Shown here piece after piece: positions 39,889 through 50,655 of a DNA stretch of 64,000 bases. Source of the DNA: Bacillota bacterium (GTDB lineage Bacteria; Bacillota; DTU025); NCBI GenBank assembly GCA_050951805.1, contig JBMNJT010000002.1, positions 544,001-608,000 of the forward strand. The letters run 5' to 3'. Position 1 is the stretch's first letter. Each line of letters opens with the position of its first letter. Both the position numbers and the translations under genes were made by a program. The notes beneath the pieces are model-generated. The model ran no database searches and had not been told where the DNA came from. It saw only the letters and a list, made by a program, of their open reading frames with translations.

Positions 39889-40881
39889 CTAGCTTCGCAG
39901 GGCCTGAATGGCATTTTGAGCCCAACTGGGATTGGCCAGAAGGGCCCTTCCCACGCCGACAAGGTCTGCTTTGCCTTGACGGACTAACGAGTCGGCGGCT
40001 TCTGGAGTTGTTATGCCACCCGTTACCATCACCGGAACGTCCACTGCGCCTTTTATTGCCTCAGAGAGCGGCGCAAAGTAGCCCTCGCCTGTGTATCCCG
40101 GCAAGCTGGCGCCACCGAGGCCACCTGAGACGTCGATAGCGTCGACTCCCGCTGCTACCAGTTTTTGTGCGGCCCAACATGTGTCATCGATTGTGAGCCC
40201 GCCAGGAACGCCATCGTCAGCCCCCAGCCTGTAGAATATGGCTGCGTCAGGTCCGACTGCCGAACAGACCGCCGTCACGACTTCGAGAGGAAAACGGAGA
40301 CGGCCCTCTCGACTCCCCCCATACTCATCCGATCGAATGTTGGTGATGGGAGAAAGAAACTGGTTTAGTAGGTAGCCATGTGCCCCATGGAGTTCGACCA
40401 TGTCGAATCCGGCGGCAACTGCGCGTTTGGCGCCTTGCACAAATGCTTTCACAAGATGCGGTATGAAGCTGCGCTTGATTTCACATGGAACCTCGTGTTC
40501 GGGCGAAAGCGGGACGACCGAAGGACCCAAAGGCCTTTGCCCTATTGTGCTGCTGCGGGTGGCGGCGCCGGCATGGGTGATCTGAATGCCAATTGCGGCG
40601 CCGCAGGCGTGAACGCGCCGAGTTAGCTCGCTGAGGGGGCCTACATGGTCATCACAGTCTATCCCGAGCTGCCTTTCTCGGTATTTGCCCGACTTGAGCA
40701 CGTACGTATGCTCTACGATGATCAGTCCTACCCCGCGATCCGCGCGCTCTTCATAGTATCTGAACGTAGCTTCAGTTGCCATGCCTTCAAGAGTTGCAGT
40801 GTTGCTTGCCATTGGCGGCATGACTATGCGGTTTTTCAAGCTCATATTCTTTACACAAAGCGGCGACAGAAGATCTGACAA
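39889..40881 (-). CDS. NADH:flavin oxidoreductase (old yellow enzyme family)
   Basis: KNRIVMPPM, ELHGAHGYLLNQFLSP, GKADLVGVGR; TTG start behind GGGAGG. Confidence 0.9.
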   Translation of the reverse strand: MSDLLSPLCVKNMSLKNRIVMPPMASNTATLEGMATEATFRYYEERADRGVGLIIVEHTYVLKSGKYRERQLGIDCDDHVGPLSELTRRVHACGAAIGIQITHAGAATRSSTIGQRPLGPSVVPLSPEHEVPCEIKRSFIPHLVKAFVQGAKRAVAAGFDMVELHGAHGYLLNQFLSPITNIRSDEYGGSREGRLRFPLEVVTAVCSAVGPDAAIFYRLGADDGVPGGLTIDDTCWAAQKLVAAGVDAIDVSGGLGGASLPGYTGEGYFAPLSEAIKGAVDVPVMVTGGITTPEAADSLVRQGKADLVGVGRALLANPSWAQNAIQALRS

Positions 40882-40978
40882 TGTTAGTGGAGCCTCCCGT
40901 ATTGATATTGTTGATGCTGCCTTCACGCGACGAATTCGATTGTCTTAACGTACACGAGCTGGGCAAGCCTTCGCCCCG

Positions 40979-41013
40979 AAATCCGAAGCTAAGCCGAGGC
41001 TTGCTTCGGATTT
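40979..41013. terminator. Strong hairpin in the intergenic region
   Basis: AAATCCGAAGC..AAGCC-GA-GGCTT-GCTTCGGATTT. Confidence 0.5.
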
Positions 41014-41251
41014 GCGTCATTGTTAGCCCGGTCATCCGTGCGTCAGTCGAAAAGAACCTCACCAGGAATTACTCTGCTGCCAATTAGCCATCGGATTCGA
41101 TCCGAAATCTAACGGTAGGAGAGTAGAACATGAGTCGGCCCAACCAAGCTTTGAATGTTGTCCACAAGCCAGCATCCAGCCGCAGAGGCTCTTAAGGCGT
41201 ACAGACGGGCTCAGCTGAGCCGAGGTCATAGCATAGTCTAAGGACGCGTTG

Positions 41252-42100
41252 TCAGTCGCGTCGCTTAGGCTGTTCACCGCGGACACCGTAGGGAAGCGGT
41301 ATATACCCCACTGATGGCCTTTTCCGGGAAGCAGCTTGCGGGTAAAGCTCCATGAGATCGTATATCTCCCTAGGCATGTCTGTGCGTACCGAAAGGCCCA
41401 TCTGTTTGAGCTCTTCACATGTAATTGGATAGTCATGAGTCCAGCGCCCAGTAGAAAGCTGATCCGTAATTTCTGCAGCCTTTTCGGGCGGCATCTTGTC
41501 CGCCAAGATCTTCATAATGAGGCCATGGACTTGCTTCAATGCTTTCTCGGATACATCCGCGAGTATTAGGGTTTGGTCATCTAACTCGGCAACCGGCTTT
41601 CTGGCCACAGCGGAAAGTATCGATGCTGCGGGATATGAGCCTATTTGAGGGTCAACCGGGCCAAGCACGGCATTGGGATCCATAACTATTTCGTCGGCAG
41701 CCAGGGCGATAAGTGTGCCGCCTGACATGGCGTAGTGAGGGACGAATACTGTAACTTTGGCCGGATGATTCTTTATGGCATGGGCAATCTGCTCCGTGGC
41801 CAGGACGAGTCCTCCCGGAGTATGGAGGACAATATCGATGGGAACGTTCGGGTCAGTCAGCCTTATCGCCCGCAGAACCTGTTCCGAGTCCTCAATATCG
41901 ATATGGCGGCCGAAGGTCATCCCGAATAGGTTTGTCGATTCTTGCCTATGTATCAGCGTGATGACTCGGGATCGTCTTCCCTTCTCGAAATTCCGTATGA
42001 CACGATATCTATGAGAATCTCGTGTCTGTCGAGAAAGCAATGGCACGAAACTCCACACGATGATAAGAAGCCAGAAGATGTCCAGAATAGTGATGCGCAT
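41252..42100 (-). CDS. SDH-family ClpP-fold serine protease
   Basis: LHTPGG, HYAMSGGTLIALAADEI, LGPVDPQ, WTHDYPI. Confidence 0.88.
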   Translation of the reverse strand: MRITILDIFWLLIIVWSFVPLLSRQTRDSHRYRVIRNFEKGRRSRVITLIHRQESTNLFGMTFGRHIDIEDSEQVLRAIRLTDPNVPIDIVLHTPGGLVLATEQIAHAIKNHPAKVTVFVPHYAMSGGTLIALAADEIVMDPNAVLGPVDPQIGSYPAASILSAVARKPVAELDDQTLILADVSEKALKQVHGLIMKILADKMPPEKAAEITDQLSTGRWTHDYPITCEELKQMGLSVRTDMPREIYDLMELYPQAASRKRPSVGYIPLPYGVRGEQPKRRD

Positions 42101-42532
42101 GTGCTCCCCTCCCGATCATTTGTTATTCTATGTTTCCGCATATCGATTATAGCCTTATTATCCTTCCAATTCCATAAGGCTAGTAGTAATCTGCTGATGA
42201 TGGTTGTGCGCATGGGCGTTTTCCCAGGGCTAGGCGGAAGAGCGGAGGGATGCTCATGATGGCACTTCGCCAGAGATGACACATGGCGTTAGCTAGAGTG
42301 AAGATTTGGCAATGGCCGTGGCGAAACAGGGAAGGCCTCGAACTGCTAGTTTTCGGGCGAACCAAAGGCTGTACTGGCCACTTGCATGTTGCGTAGCCAA
42401 GGCCCTGCGCAGTGCGGCAGGACATCGAGCTTGTCCATGTTCTTCACTCAGTTGTTGCTCCGTCGGCAAGTTGAGGGCGCGATCGGATTGCGTCGCGTTC
42501 TCCATGAAAATCGGGACCGGCATGGGCTATCG

Positions 42533-43609
42533 CTAACTCCACATGCCGGCCTGTGCTACGAGGCTGAGAGAATCATAGGGGATGGCACCCAGACGCCATA
42601 TCGCTATTTTGTTAATGCCTAGTCTGGAAAGGGTATCCAATTTGACAGCCAAAGACATGAGATCTTCATACCAAACCCGATGCAACCTGCCTGAAGCGTC
42701 GTGGTAGACAAATCCCAAAGTCCCATCATGCTGGTCGCGCTCGATCAAGGCGCCGGTCTCTCTTGATATCCGCTCCGCTGCTTCTACTCTCAGATAAGCT
42801 GCGCCCTCGTCATCGGTCCAATCGAGTCCGTAGATGCCAAGCGCGACAGTGAGTTTGCCGGTCCCGATCTTGTCTATAGCGGCCTTCACATTCTCTTCCA
42901 GCCATGACACGGGAGTCGGTGGGCCTTCGACGGAGTCCGCCCCTTTCTCGTAGCCTTCCATTATCATTAAGTCGGCATATTGAGCCATGCAGGCTAAGTC
43001 AAGCCCATGGTCGCGCCAATCGTGCGGGAATACTATTGCAATGGTGTAGTAGGGGCTGAGTCTAGTGAACCTGGAACGCATTTCGCATGCTAGCTTGGGC
43101 AGCATGGCCCAATGATCTGCATCGATTTGCTGGAAGTCGATGCAAACCCCGTCGAGGCAACAGGTGGTGACAGCTTCCACAATCGATGCTGCAAGATGTG
43201 AACGGCTATCGTCTGCCAGCAGGGTTGCGGTAACCGCCTCCCTAGAATAGGTGGCATCCGACTGGTTGGTGACTCCGGCCAACACGCGTGTGCGCCTTGC
43301 CCGAAGGATTTGGAGTGCGCGATCCAGGGCGGCCGCCCTCACTGTCCCATCTGGTTGTATGCGGATGAAAGTGTATATGATTTCATTGAAAGGTTCCGGA
43401 GACGCGAGAGCGTCTGCGATCCCTTCCGCAACCGCGTAATCGGGCACAAACCCGATCAGCCTGTGCTTTCGGGGGATGTGAAGCACTTGCCCGGGACGCA
43501 CGTCGTACGGCTCTTCTATGGAGTTAGCTTGTGCTATCGCTCGATAGTCATGGCGGAATCTCTGCGCTATGAGCCATAGAGTATCTCCGCTTTGGACTGT
43601 ATAATGCAT
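42533..43609 (-). CDS. LysM + GH18-family protein (YaaH/YdhD-like spore-type)
   Basis: YTVQSGDTLWLIA..PGQVLHIP LysM; DGVCIDFQ, GIYGLDW, VWYED, IAIWRLG. Confidence 0.85.
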   Translation of the reverse strand: MHYTVQSGDTLWLIAQRFRHDYRAIAQANSIEEPYDVRPGQVLHIPRKHRLIGFVPDYAVAEGIADALASPEPFNEIIYTFIRIQPDGTVRAAALDRALQILRARRTRVLAGVTNQSDATYSREAVTATLLADDSRSHLAASIVEAVTTCCLDGVCIDFQQIDADHWAMLPKLACEMRSRFTRLSPYYTIAIVFPHDWRDHGLDLACMAQYADLMIMEGYEKGADSVEGPPTPVSWLEENVKAAIDKIGTGKLTVALGIYGLDWTDDEGAAYLRVEAAERISRETGALIERDQHDGTLGFVYHDASGRLHRVWYEDLMSLAVKLDTLSRLGINKIAIWRLGAIPYDSLSLVAQAGMWS

Positions 43610-43715
43610 TCATGCCGCCTCCTGCGAGCGGTGATGACCTGAACACTACAAGCTATGCAAAAGGTCATAAAAAAGTTCCCGCTCATGGAGACGGCATGCT
43701 TAGTATATTTGCGCG

Positions 43716-44267
43716 CTATGAGAATTTGGTTGTTTTCTTTGTCGTCCCGTATCTATCCGTGACGGCTCCAGTTCTGAGCAGCGCCTCAGATACAAGCAAT
43801 GCGAGGGCGCCTCCTGCCAGCGCCGTGAAGAGCTGCGGGGAGCCCATGGCTTTCGCGGCTGCTTCAGGCAATGACAGAAGGTGTTTGGCGCTTAATGAGA
43901 TGAAGAGAAACTTGATCACAGAAGCGACCGCGATACCTAGAATGCGGATGGACAGACTCTTGCCTTTGCCTGTTTCGTCTATGAGGCCGAAGATGATGCA
44001 CAAAGATGCATTTCCCAGCTGGATAACGGGGACCAGGGGCCCTGCCGCCATTATCCCTACCATCCATGCGACAAGTGGCGTTGCAAGGCCTATAACGGCT
44101 CCGCTCCACATGCCAACGAGGATGACTGAGAGGAATAGAAACATATTGACTACGGGTCCGGTAAATGCTTGAGGCAACTTGAAGACTACTTGAAACGCGA
44201 GGGTCATAGCCAACAGAATTGCTGTTCGAGTTATCCAGTTGACTGGCTTGCCTGACATCAGCACCAC
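43716..44267 (-). CDS. Solitary ECF transporter S component
   Basis: ITRTAILLAMTLAFQ..Q.FTGPVVN; about 6 TMs; QLFTALAGG. Confidence 0.78.
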   Translation of the reverse strand: MVLMSGKPVNWITRTAILLAMTLAFQVVFKLPQAFTGPVVNMFLFLSVILVGMWSGAVIGLATPLVAWMVGIMAAGPLVPVIQLGNASLCIIFGLIDETGKGKSLSIRILGIAVASVIKFLFISLSAKHLLSLPEAAAKAMGSPQLFTALAGGALALLVSEALLRTGAVTDRYGTTKKTTKFS

Positions 44268-44279
44268 GCTCCTATGCCT

Positions 44280-45020
44280 TTAGTATCCGTAAATGAGCAG
44301 CATGCCTGCGAGTATTCCGATCACTATTCCGAAGGTTCCAGAGTGTCCATCAGCGAATTCCTGAGCGTCAGGTATGAGCTCGTCAGCGGTGATGAACACC
44401 ATGGCGCCTCCAGCAAAAGCCAGAGAGACGGCGAGCATGCCATTGGAGATGTTTCCGATAGCAGCGCCTACAAATGCCCCTAACGCCATTGGCAGACCTG
44501 CGAGGGCGCCATATAGTGTGCTTTGCTTTCTGCCAACGCCTCCTGCACACATGGGTGCAGCCATGGCCATGCCTTCCGGGATGTTGTGAATGGCAATGGT
44601 GAGAGCCACTGAAAGGCCAAGCGAGTTGCCATGAGCGTAACCCGCTCCAATAGCCAACCCCTCCGGCAGATTGTGCATGGCAATTCCGATCCCCGTGAGA
44701 AGCCCTGCTTTGAGAAACCGATTCTGCTTACAGTCTTCTGAGACGAAGTGGAAATGGGGTATCAGAAGATCCATGATTCCTGTGGCCCCGACGCCGAGCA
44801 AAAAACCGCCTACTGTCTGCGCAACCCCGCCTATTTCTATGGCTTCGGGCATAAGGTCGAGGAAGACTATTGACAGCATTACTCCGGCGGCTATCCCCAT
44901 GAGCGTCGAGAGAGTGCGCCGCTTGGGAGTCCCCGATGCTGCTGTCAGAAAAGCGCCGAACCCTGTGCCGAGGACGCCCGCTGCAAGCCCTAGAAGTGTT
45001 GCATTCCAGATGTGCTGCAA
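44280..45020 (-). CDS. ZIP-family divalent metal transporter
   Basis: AAGVML, MHNLPEGLAIG, IHNIPEGMA, DELIPDA. Confidence 0.92.
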   Translation of the reverse strand: MQHIWNATLLGLAAGVLGTGFGAFLTAASGTPKRRTLSTLMGIAAGVMLSIVFLDLMPEAIEIGGVAQTVGGFLLGVGATGIMDLLIPHFHFVSEDCKQNRFLKAGLLTGIGIAMHNLPEGLAIGAGYAHGNSLGLSVALTIAIHNIPEGMAMAAPMCAGGVGRKQSTLYGALAGLPMALGAFVGAAIGNISNGMLAVSLAFAGGAMVFITADELIPDAQEFADGHSGTFGIVIGILAGMLLIYGY

Positions 45021-45150
45021 TTTAGCACCTCCTGCTCTTAGCATATTCTACGTCCATGCACCTCCCATGTCAAAACCGAATGTACAGGAGATTAGGGCAC
45101 ATGATGGACGAGATCGCTGTATGGTATAATTGCGCGGAGAGGGTGGTCGG

Positions 45151-45918
45151 ATGATTCTCGCAATTGATGTGGGCAATACCAATACTGTGCTAGGTGTATT
45201 CGATGGCGAAGAACTCCTTGCAGACTACAGAGTATCCACAGACAGGCAAAGGACTGCTGATGAATGGGGCATGCTTTTGCTGGAATTGCTTGACCATGCG
45301 AAAATCGATGGGGCTGCGATTTCCGGAGTGATTATCTCGTCAGTCGTTCCTCCGATAATCACGGAACTTGCGAAGATGTCGCGCAGGTACTTTCGGTGCG
45401 ATCCCGAAGTTGTAGGGCCGGGGATGAAGACGGGAATTTCCATAAGATACGAAAATCCGAAAGAAGTGGGGGCCGACAGGATCGTAAATGCCGTTGCCGG
45501 GTACGAGCTGTACGGCGGTCCTCTAATTATTGTAGATTTCGGCACCGCCACCACTTTTTGTGCTATTGGTCAAACAGGCGATTACCTTGGCGGCGCTATC
45601 GCCCCCGGGATTATGATATCAGCTGAAGCTTTGTATATGAGGGCGGCCCGTCTTCCTAGGGTGGAATTGACGAAGCCGCAGTCTGTTATAGGCAAGAACA
45701 CGGTTTCAAGCATGCAGGCCGGAATCCTATACGGCTTCGTGGGCCAGGTTGATGAGATCGTCCGAAGAATAAAGCAGGAGCTTGGGGGCGATCCGAAAGT
45801 GATTGCCACTGGAGGGCTTGCGGAAGTGATATCTCTTGAGTCAGATCATATCGATGAGGTCAATCAAAACTTGACGCTAATAGGGCTGCGCATTTTATGG
45901 GAGAGGAATCATTCTTAG
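45151..45918 (+). CDS. coaX: Type III pantothenate kinase
   Basis: [29 protein letters not shown]; extended -10 TGGTATAAT at 45122. Confidence 0.95.
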   Translation: MILAIDVGNTNTVLGVFDGEELLADYRVSTDRQRTADEWGMLLLELLDHAKIDGAAISGVIISSVVPPIITELAKMSRRYFRCDPEVVGPGMKTGISIRYENPKEVGADRIVNAVAGYELYGGPLIIVDFGTATTFCAIGQTGDYLGGAIAPGIMISAEALYMRAARLPRVELTKPQSVIGKNTVSSMQAGILYGFVGQVDEIVRRIKQELGGDPKVIATGGLAEVISLESDHIDEVNQNLTLIGLRILWERNHS

Positions 45919-45933
45919 GCTCAGCGGGGTGAT

Positions 45934-47259
45934 ATGTTGAATACCAGTTTCAGCCTTGAGGGTGCAAACAACAGCTCGTTGCATTCCGGATCAGGCGACA
46001 ATATGGAAAGGGCGGTGTTGGTGGGCTTGGAGACCGCCGCTCCTTCTGCGTGGAACATAGACGACTCCATAGGAGAGCTGGCACATTTGACTGAAACTGC
46101 TGGGGCAGCCGTGGTCGCCACAGTCATCCAGAAGAAGGGCAAACCTGATCCCGCTTATTACGTGGGAGAGGGCAAAGCTCGGGAGATCGAGATGGTTCGG
46201 TCGGCGACAGAGGCCAACCTCGTCATCTTCGACGACGAACTGACTCCTGCGCAACAGCGAAATCTGGAGGAGATCATAGAAGGGCGAATAATCGACAGGA
46301 CTGAGCTGATCCTCGATATTTTCGCTCAGCGTGCTGCGACATCTGAAGGTAAACTCCAGGTTGAGTTGGCGCAACTCAATTACATGCTTCCAAGGTTGGC
46401 TGGCCGAGGGACAGAGATGTCGCGGCTTGGGGGCGGTATCGGTACCCGGGGGCCTGGAGAGACCAAACTTGAGGCGGACCGCAGGACGATCAGAAACCGT
46501 ATATCCAGCATCACCCGCGAGCTTGAGACGGTCAGGCAGCGCCGCACGGTGCAGCGGCAAAAGAGGCGTGATGCCGATCTCCCGCTTGTTGCGTTGGTGG
46601 GCTACACCAATGCAGGCAAGTCAAGTTTGCTCAACACCCTTACCGGGGCTGAAGTCCTTGTAGAGGACAAGCTCTTTGCCACCCTCGATCCAACGACTCG
46701 TCGATACACGCTCCCTGACGGGCAGGCGCTCTTGCTCACGGATACCGTTGGTTTTATACAGAAACTGCCTCATCATTTGATAATGGCGTTCCGGGCCACG
46801 ATGGAAGAGGTCGTGGATGCTGATATGCTGTTGCACGTGGTCGACGCTTCTCACCCGCAGGCAGTGGAGCATTGCGAAGCCGTCTTTGATGTATTGCGCG
46901 AGATCGATGCCGCGGACCATCCGGTCATCACTGTGCTCAACAAATCAGATTTGCCCGAATCGGGCCCGATGATAGAGAGGCTGCATCATGCCTACCCGAA
47001 AAGTGTTGCCGTTTCCGCAGTAACAGGCGACGGGCTCGATGATCTTGCTGAGATGATATCGGAGGAGTTATCCAGCTGGAGGGTGAGGATCGAGGAGCTC
47101 GTGCCCTACGGTGATCCCGTGCTAGGACTGATCAGAGCAAGGGGCAGGGTAATCTCTGAAGTGTATCGCGAGGACGGCGTTGCCATCGTGGCAGAAGTAG
47201 ATCGCATGGTCGCAGGACAGGTAAGAAAGGCGAGATCCAATGGCTCTAAGCGCCAGTGA
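45934..47259 (+). CDS. hflX: GTPase HflX
   Basis: [33 protein letters not shown]. Confidence 0.95.
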   Translation: MLNTSFSLEGANNSSLHSGSGDNMERAVLVGLETAAPSAWNIDDSIGELAHLTETAGAAVVATVIQKKGKPDPAYYVGEGKAREIEMVRSATEANLVIFDDELTPAQQRNLEEIIEGRIIDRTELILDIFAQRAATSEGKLQVELAQLNYMLPRLAGRGTEMSRLGGGIGTRGPGETKLEADRRTIRNRISSITRELETVRQRRTVQRQKRRDADLPLVALVGYTNAGKSSLLNTLTGAEVLVEDKLFATLDPTTRRYTLPDGQALLLTDTVGFIQKLPHHLIMAFRATMEEVVDADMLLHVVDASHPQAVEHCEAVFDVLREIDAADHPVITVLNKSDLPESGPMIERLHHAYPKSVAVSAVTGDGLDDLAEMISEELSSWRVRIEELVPYGDPVLGLIRARGRVISEVYREDGVAIVAEVDRMVAGQVRKARSNGSKRQ

Positions 47260-48277
47260 CTCCTCTTTTCGGCGGGAGCCCGATTCCGTTCTTGCCGATG
47301 GTTTTGCCATCGGCGGCGTGCGCGTGATGAATCCGCTTGTGCTTGCGCCAATGGCTGGCGTGAGCGATGCCCCCTTCCGGCGGATATGCAAAGAGATGGG
47401 CTGTGCCCTTGTCTATACGGAGATGATCAGCGGCATGGCCCTGGTATATCGAAATCGGCGCACCCTGGACATGCTGCATGTCTCGGAAGACGAGCACCCC
47501 ATTGCCATACAGCTCTTCGGGTCGGATCCGCGTGTAATGGCCAGCGCAGCTCGGATTGTGATGGATGCCGGAGCAGACGTGATCGACATCAACATGGGAT
47601 GTCCTGTGCCTAAGATCGTGAACAACGGTGAGGGTTCGGCGTTGATGCGGGATCCTGAGAGAGCGTGGGCTATTGTTGCAGCTGTGCGGCAGGCGGTTGA
47701 CGTTCCTGTTACAGTCAAGATCCGCAAGGGATGGGATGACTCCAGCGTGAACGCTGTCGAGTTTGCCAAGGGTTGCGTGGATGCTGGGGCGGACGGGGTC
47801 GCCGTTCATGGCCGGACGCGTGAACAGGGCTACAGTGGCGATGCTGACTGGAACATAATCGCTCAAGTCGCTCATGCGGTGGATGTGCCAGTGATCGGCA
47901 ATGGGGACGTAATCAGCGCCGAGAATTCTTTCGAAATGCTGGAGAGCACGGGGTGCGCCGGGGTTATGATCGGCCGTGGGGCACTGGGTAACCCTTGGAT
48001 CTTCCGAGATTGTCTGCATTATCTGGCTACAGGCATGCATCTTCCTCAGCCTCAGCCCCGCGATAGGATTTCTATGGCATTACGCCATCTCGATGACGCT
48101 GTCGATCTCAATGGGGAAAAGGTAGCCGTGCGCGAGATGCGAAAACACATGGCTTGGTATATTAAGGGGCTTCGGGGTGCAGCCCGTATCCGCGAGGCAA
48201 TAAATGCTTCGGAGGACGCTGAAGCATTGCGTAGTATTATGCGTGCTTACTTGAGACAACTTGAGGACGGCGTTTGA
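47240..48277 (+). CDS. dusB: tRNA-dihydrouridine synthase B
   Basis: LAPMAG, DINMGCP, HGRT, GNGD, MIGRG. Confidence 0.93.
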   Translation: MALSASDSSFRREPDSVLADGFAIGGVRVMNPLVLAPMAGVSDAPFRRICKEMGCALVYTEMISGMALVYRNRRTLDMLHVSEDEHPIAIQLFGSDPRVMASAARIVMDAGADVIDINMGCPVPKIVNNGEGSALMRDPERAWAIVAAVRQAVDVPVTVKIRKGWDDSSVNAVEFAKGCVDAGADGVAVHGRTREQGYSGDADWNIIAQVAHAVDVPVIGNGDVISAENSFEMLESTGCAGVMIGRGALGNPWIFRDCLHYLATGMHLPQPQPRDRISMALRHLDDAVDLNGEKVAVREMRKHMAWYIKGLRGAARIREAINASEDAEALRSIMRAYLRQLEDGV

Positions 48278-48420
48278 AGCAGTCTCGTGGGCAATTGACT
48301 GTTGCGGAGGGAATGTCGCCTTTGACCGCCTCATGCCTGGGCGGTGTTTTGTTTTGCGTCTGTGCAAGGAAACACCCGAAAAACACTTGTTTGCAGGTGC
48401 GTCCTCTGGTAAAATCGGTG

Positions 48421-48440
48421 TGTGCACACAGATGTGAACA
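48421..48440. promoter_or_regulatory. Inverted repeat, candidate operator of the downstream HTH regulator
   Basis: TGTGCACA-CAGA-TGTGAACA, one mismatch, about 30 bp upstream of the start. Confidence 0.45.
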
Positions 48441-48471
48441 TTCCTACGTCTGTCTTCTGCGGGGGGTGGGC

Positions 48472-49014
48472 TTGACGAATCTCATACGCATTGGCGACAA
48501 GGTTGTTGACAGGGACAGGATTGACAGGGCCCTCGATAAGCTGTTTGATATGCGACAGAACGGAGCGTCCCAGGCTGAAGTGGCTGCAGCCTTAGGAACA
48601 GATAGATCATTCGTGTCGCGCCTTGAGAATCTCGGCGAGATTCGAAAGGGCGAACGAGTTGCGGTCATCGGCTTTCCAATCGGGAACAAAGAAGAGATAG
48701 AACAACTGGCGAAGAAAGCCGGGGTTGACTACGTTTGGCTCATGAATGACGAGGAACGTTGGGCTTACGTAGAAGACAGGTCCGGAATAGAGCTGCTCAA
48801 TGATGTGATTCGCGAGATATCAGATTTTAACCAGTATGATCAGGTGATTTTTCTTGGCTCAGATTTCCGGGTCCGTCTCATCGAGGCGATTCTAGGTGAG
48901 AAGGTAACATCAGTAGTGATCGGAAAGTCCCCAATCAAGGAGGATGTCAACATAGATGTGGCGGAAATGATCTCCATCATTAAGGCTGTGCGGGGAGGCG
49001 CTGAAAAGGCATGA
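48472..49014 (+). CDS. HTH transcriptional regulator (uncharacterised)
   Basis: RQNGASQAEVAAALGTDRSFVSRLE HTH; TTG start behind GGGGGTGG. Confidence 0.78.
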   Translation: MTNLIRIGDKVVDRDRIDRALDKLFDMRQNGASQAEVAAALGTDRSFVSRLENLGEIRKGERVAVIGFPIGNKEEIEQLAKKAGVDYVWLMNDEERWAYVEDRSGIELLNDVIREISDFNQYDQVIFLGSDFRVRLIEAILGEKVTSVVIGKSPIKEDVNIDVAEMISIIKAVRGGAEKA

Positions 49015-49931
49015 AGCACGTTGTCAGTGTTAGCATAGGCTCATCCGATCGTAACCATTCAGCCACTGTTAACTTGCTCGGAGAGGATATCCTTGTGGAG
49101 CGAATCGGGACCGACGGAGATATGAATAGAGCGGTCGAGCTCATCAGCGAACTCGACGGAAAAGTTGATGCTTTCGGAATGGGCGGCATCGATCTTTACA
49201 TGGCGGGGGTCGGCAAGAGATACGTCTTTCGGGATGCAAAAAGGATTTCCCAGGCAGCAAAGAAGACGCCGCTTGTGGACGGCACAATCCTCAAGAGCAG
49301 TTTGGAGTATAACGCAGTGAAGTATGCTGCCGAGGTTGAAAAGCTACCCATGGCCGGCAAGAATGTATTCGTGGTGTGTGTTATCGATCGGATAGGCATG
49401 GGTCGGGCCTTTGAAGAGCTCGGGTGCAACATGGTGTACGGAGACTTGATGTTCAGCACCGGCATGCATATTCCGCTCTATTCACTTAATTCCATATATA
49501 AGTTGGCGCCTATATTCATGCCAATAATGACTCAACTCCCGTTTAGTTGGCTCTATCCAACGGGCAAGGAACAGAATGCCAGTTGCAAGCGGCCAAAGGA
49601 CAAGAAACCAAAGTTTCAGAAATACTACAATGACGCTCATGTCATTGCAGGCGACTTCCATTACATATACAAGTATCTGCCTGAGGATATCAGCGGAAAG
49701 ATAGTCGTTACGAATACGGTGACTTCGAAGGACGTTGATGAGCTAGGGCGGCGAGGAGCTAGCGCTCTGGTGACCACGACTCCAGAGATCAATGGGCGCT
49801 CATTCGGGGTCAACGTTATCGAGGCAATACTCGTTGCGTTGATCGGTAAACCTGTCGAGGATATTAGTGACGAGGATTTTACGGCGATGTTACAATGTCT
49901 CGAGATAAAGCCTCGTATTGTGAGGTATTGA
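49011..49931 (+). CDS. Conserved uncharacterised protein (often auto-annotated 'quinate 5-dehydrogenase')
   Basis: MKHVVSVSIGSS.R, ERIGTDGD, GRSFGVNVIEA; ATGA overlap with the regulator. Confidence 0.75.
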   Translation: MKHVVSVSIGSSDRNHSATVNLLGEDILVERIGTDGDMNRAVELISELDGKVDAFGMGGIDLYMAGVGKRYVFRDAKRISQAAKKTPLVDGTILKSSLEYNAVKYAAEVEKLPMAGKNVFVVCVIDRIGMGRAFEELGCNMVYGDLMFSTGMHIPLYSLNSIYKLAPIFMPIMTQLPFSWLYPTGKEQNASCKRPKDKKPKFQKYYNDAHVIAGDFHYIYKYLPEDISGKIVVTNTVTSKDVDELGRRGASALVTTTPEINGRSFGVNVIEAILVALIGKPVEDISDEDFTAMLQCLEIKPRIVRY

Positions 49932-49998
49932 TGAGGGCGAGATGGCAGTTTTGCCATTAGATGTGCGAACCTATACATGTGTGGCAGACCCTGGCTTC

Positions 49999-50027
49999 TT
50001 GACAACCTGGGGTCTGCTTGCCATAAT
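49999..50027 (+). promoter_or_regulatory. Sigma-A promoter for greA-lysS
   Basis: TTGACA-17 nt-CATAAT with TG extension. Confidence 0.65.
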
Positions 50028-50178
50028 ATTGGCGTGACTTTTGGCGGGAGCGCCATCTTTTTTTACTGCAGCGATTTATGGATCTTTCGGGTTTGAATCT
50101 GTCCGACGGGGCGCGAATACAATGGTTATCATCCTAGATGGTGGCTAGGAATTGACGTTTGAGGGGAGCTTGGTATAG

Positions 50179-50655
50179 ATGTCTGACAAGGAAGTGATCC
50201 TCACTCCCGAAGGCCTCCATAACCTCGAAAAAGAGCTCGAGTATCTCAGGACGACAAAGCGTAGGGATATAGCGGCCCGGATCAAGCAGGCCATAGAGTT
50301 CGGAGATATCAGCGACAACTCTGAGTACGAAGATGCCAAAAACGAGCAGGCTTTTGTGGAGGGGCGCATTGCTCAGCTGGAAAAGATGCTGAGGAATGCC
50401 AAGATAATCGAAGGACCTGATGGAGATGGCGACGCGGTTTCTGTGGGTTCCACCGTAGTCTTGAAGGATTTGAACCATGGTGATGTAGAACAGTATACGA
50501 TAGTCGGTTCAGCCGAGGCAAATCCTAGCAGAAATCGTATTTCCAACGAGTCGCCTGTTGGTCGTGCAGTGCTAGGAAAGACTGTAGGCAGTATTGTGGA
50601 GGTAAATGTCCCGGTGGGAACAATCAGATACGAAGTAGTTCAGATTGCAAGGTGA
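50179..50655 (+). CDS. greA: Transcription elongation factor GreA
   Basis: GDISDNSEYEDAK, ISNESPVG. Confidence 0.96.
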   Translation: MSDKEVILTPEGLHNLEKELEYLRTTKRRDIAARIKQAIEFGDISDNSEYEDAKNEQAFVEGRIAQLEKMLRNAKIIEGPDGDGDAVSVGSTVVLKDLNHGDVEQYTIVGSAEANPSRNRISNESPVGRAVLGKTVGSIVEVNVPVGTIRYEVVQIAR

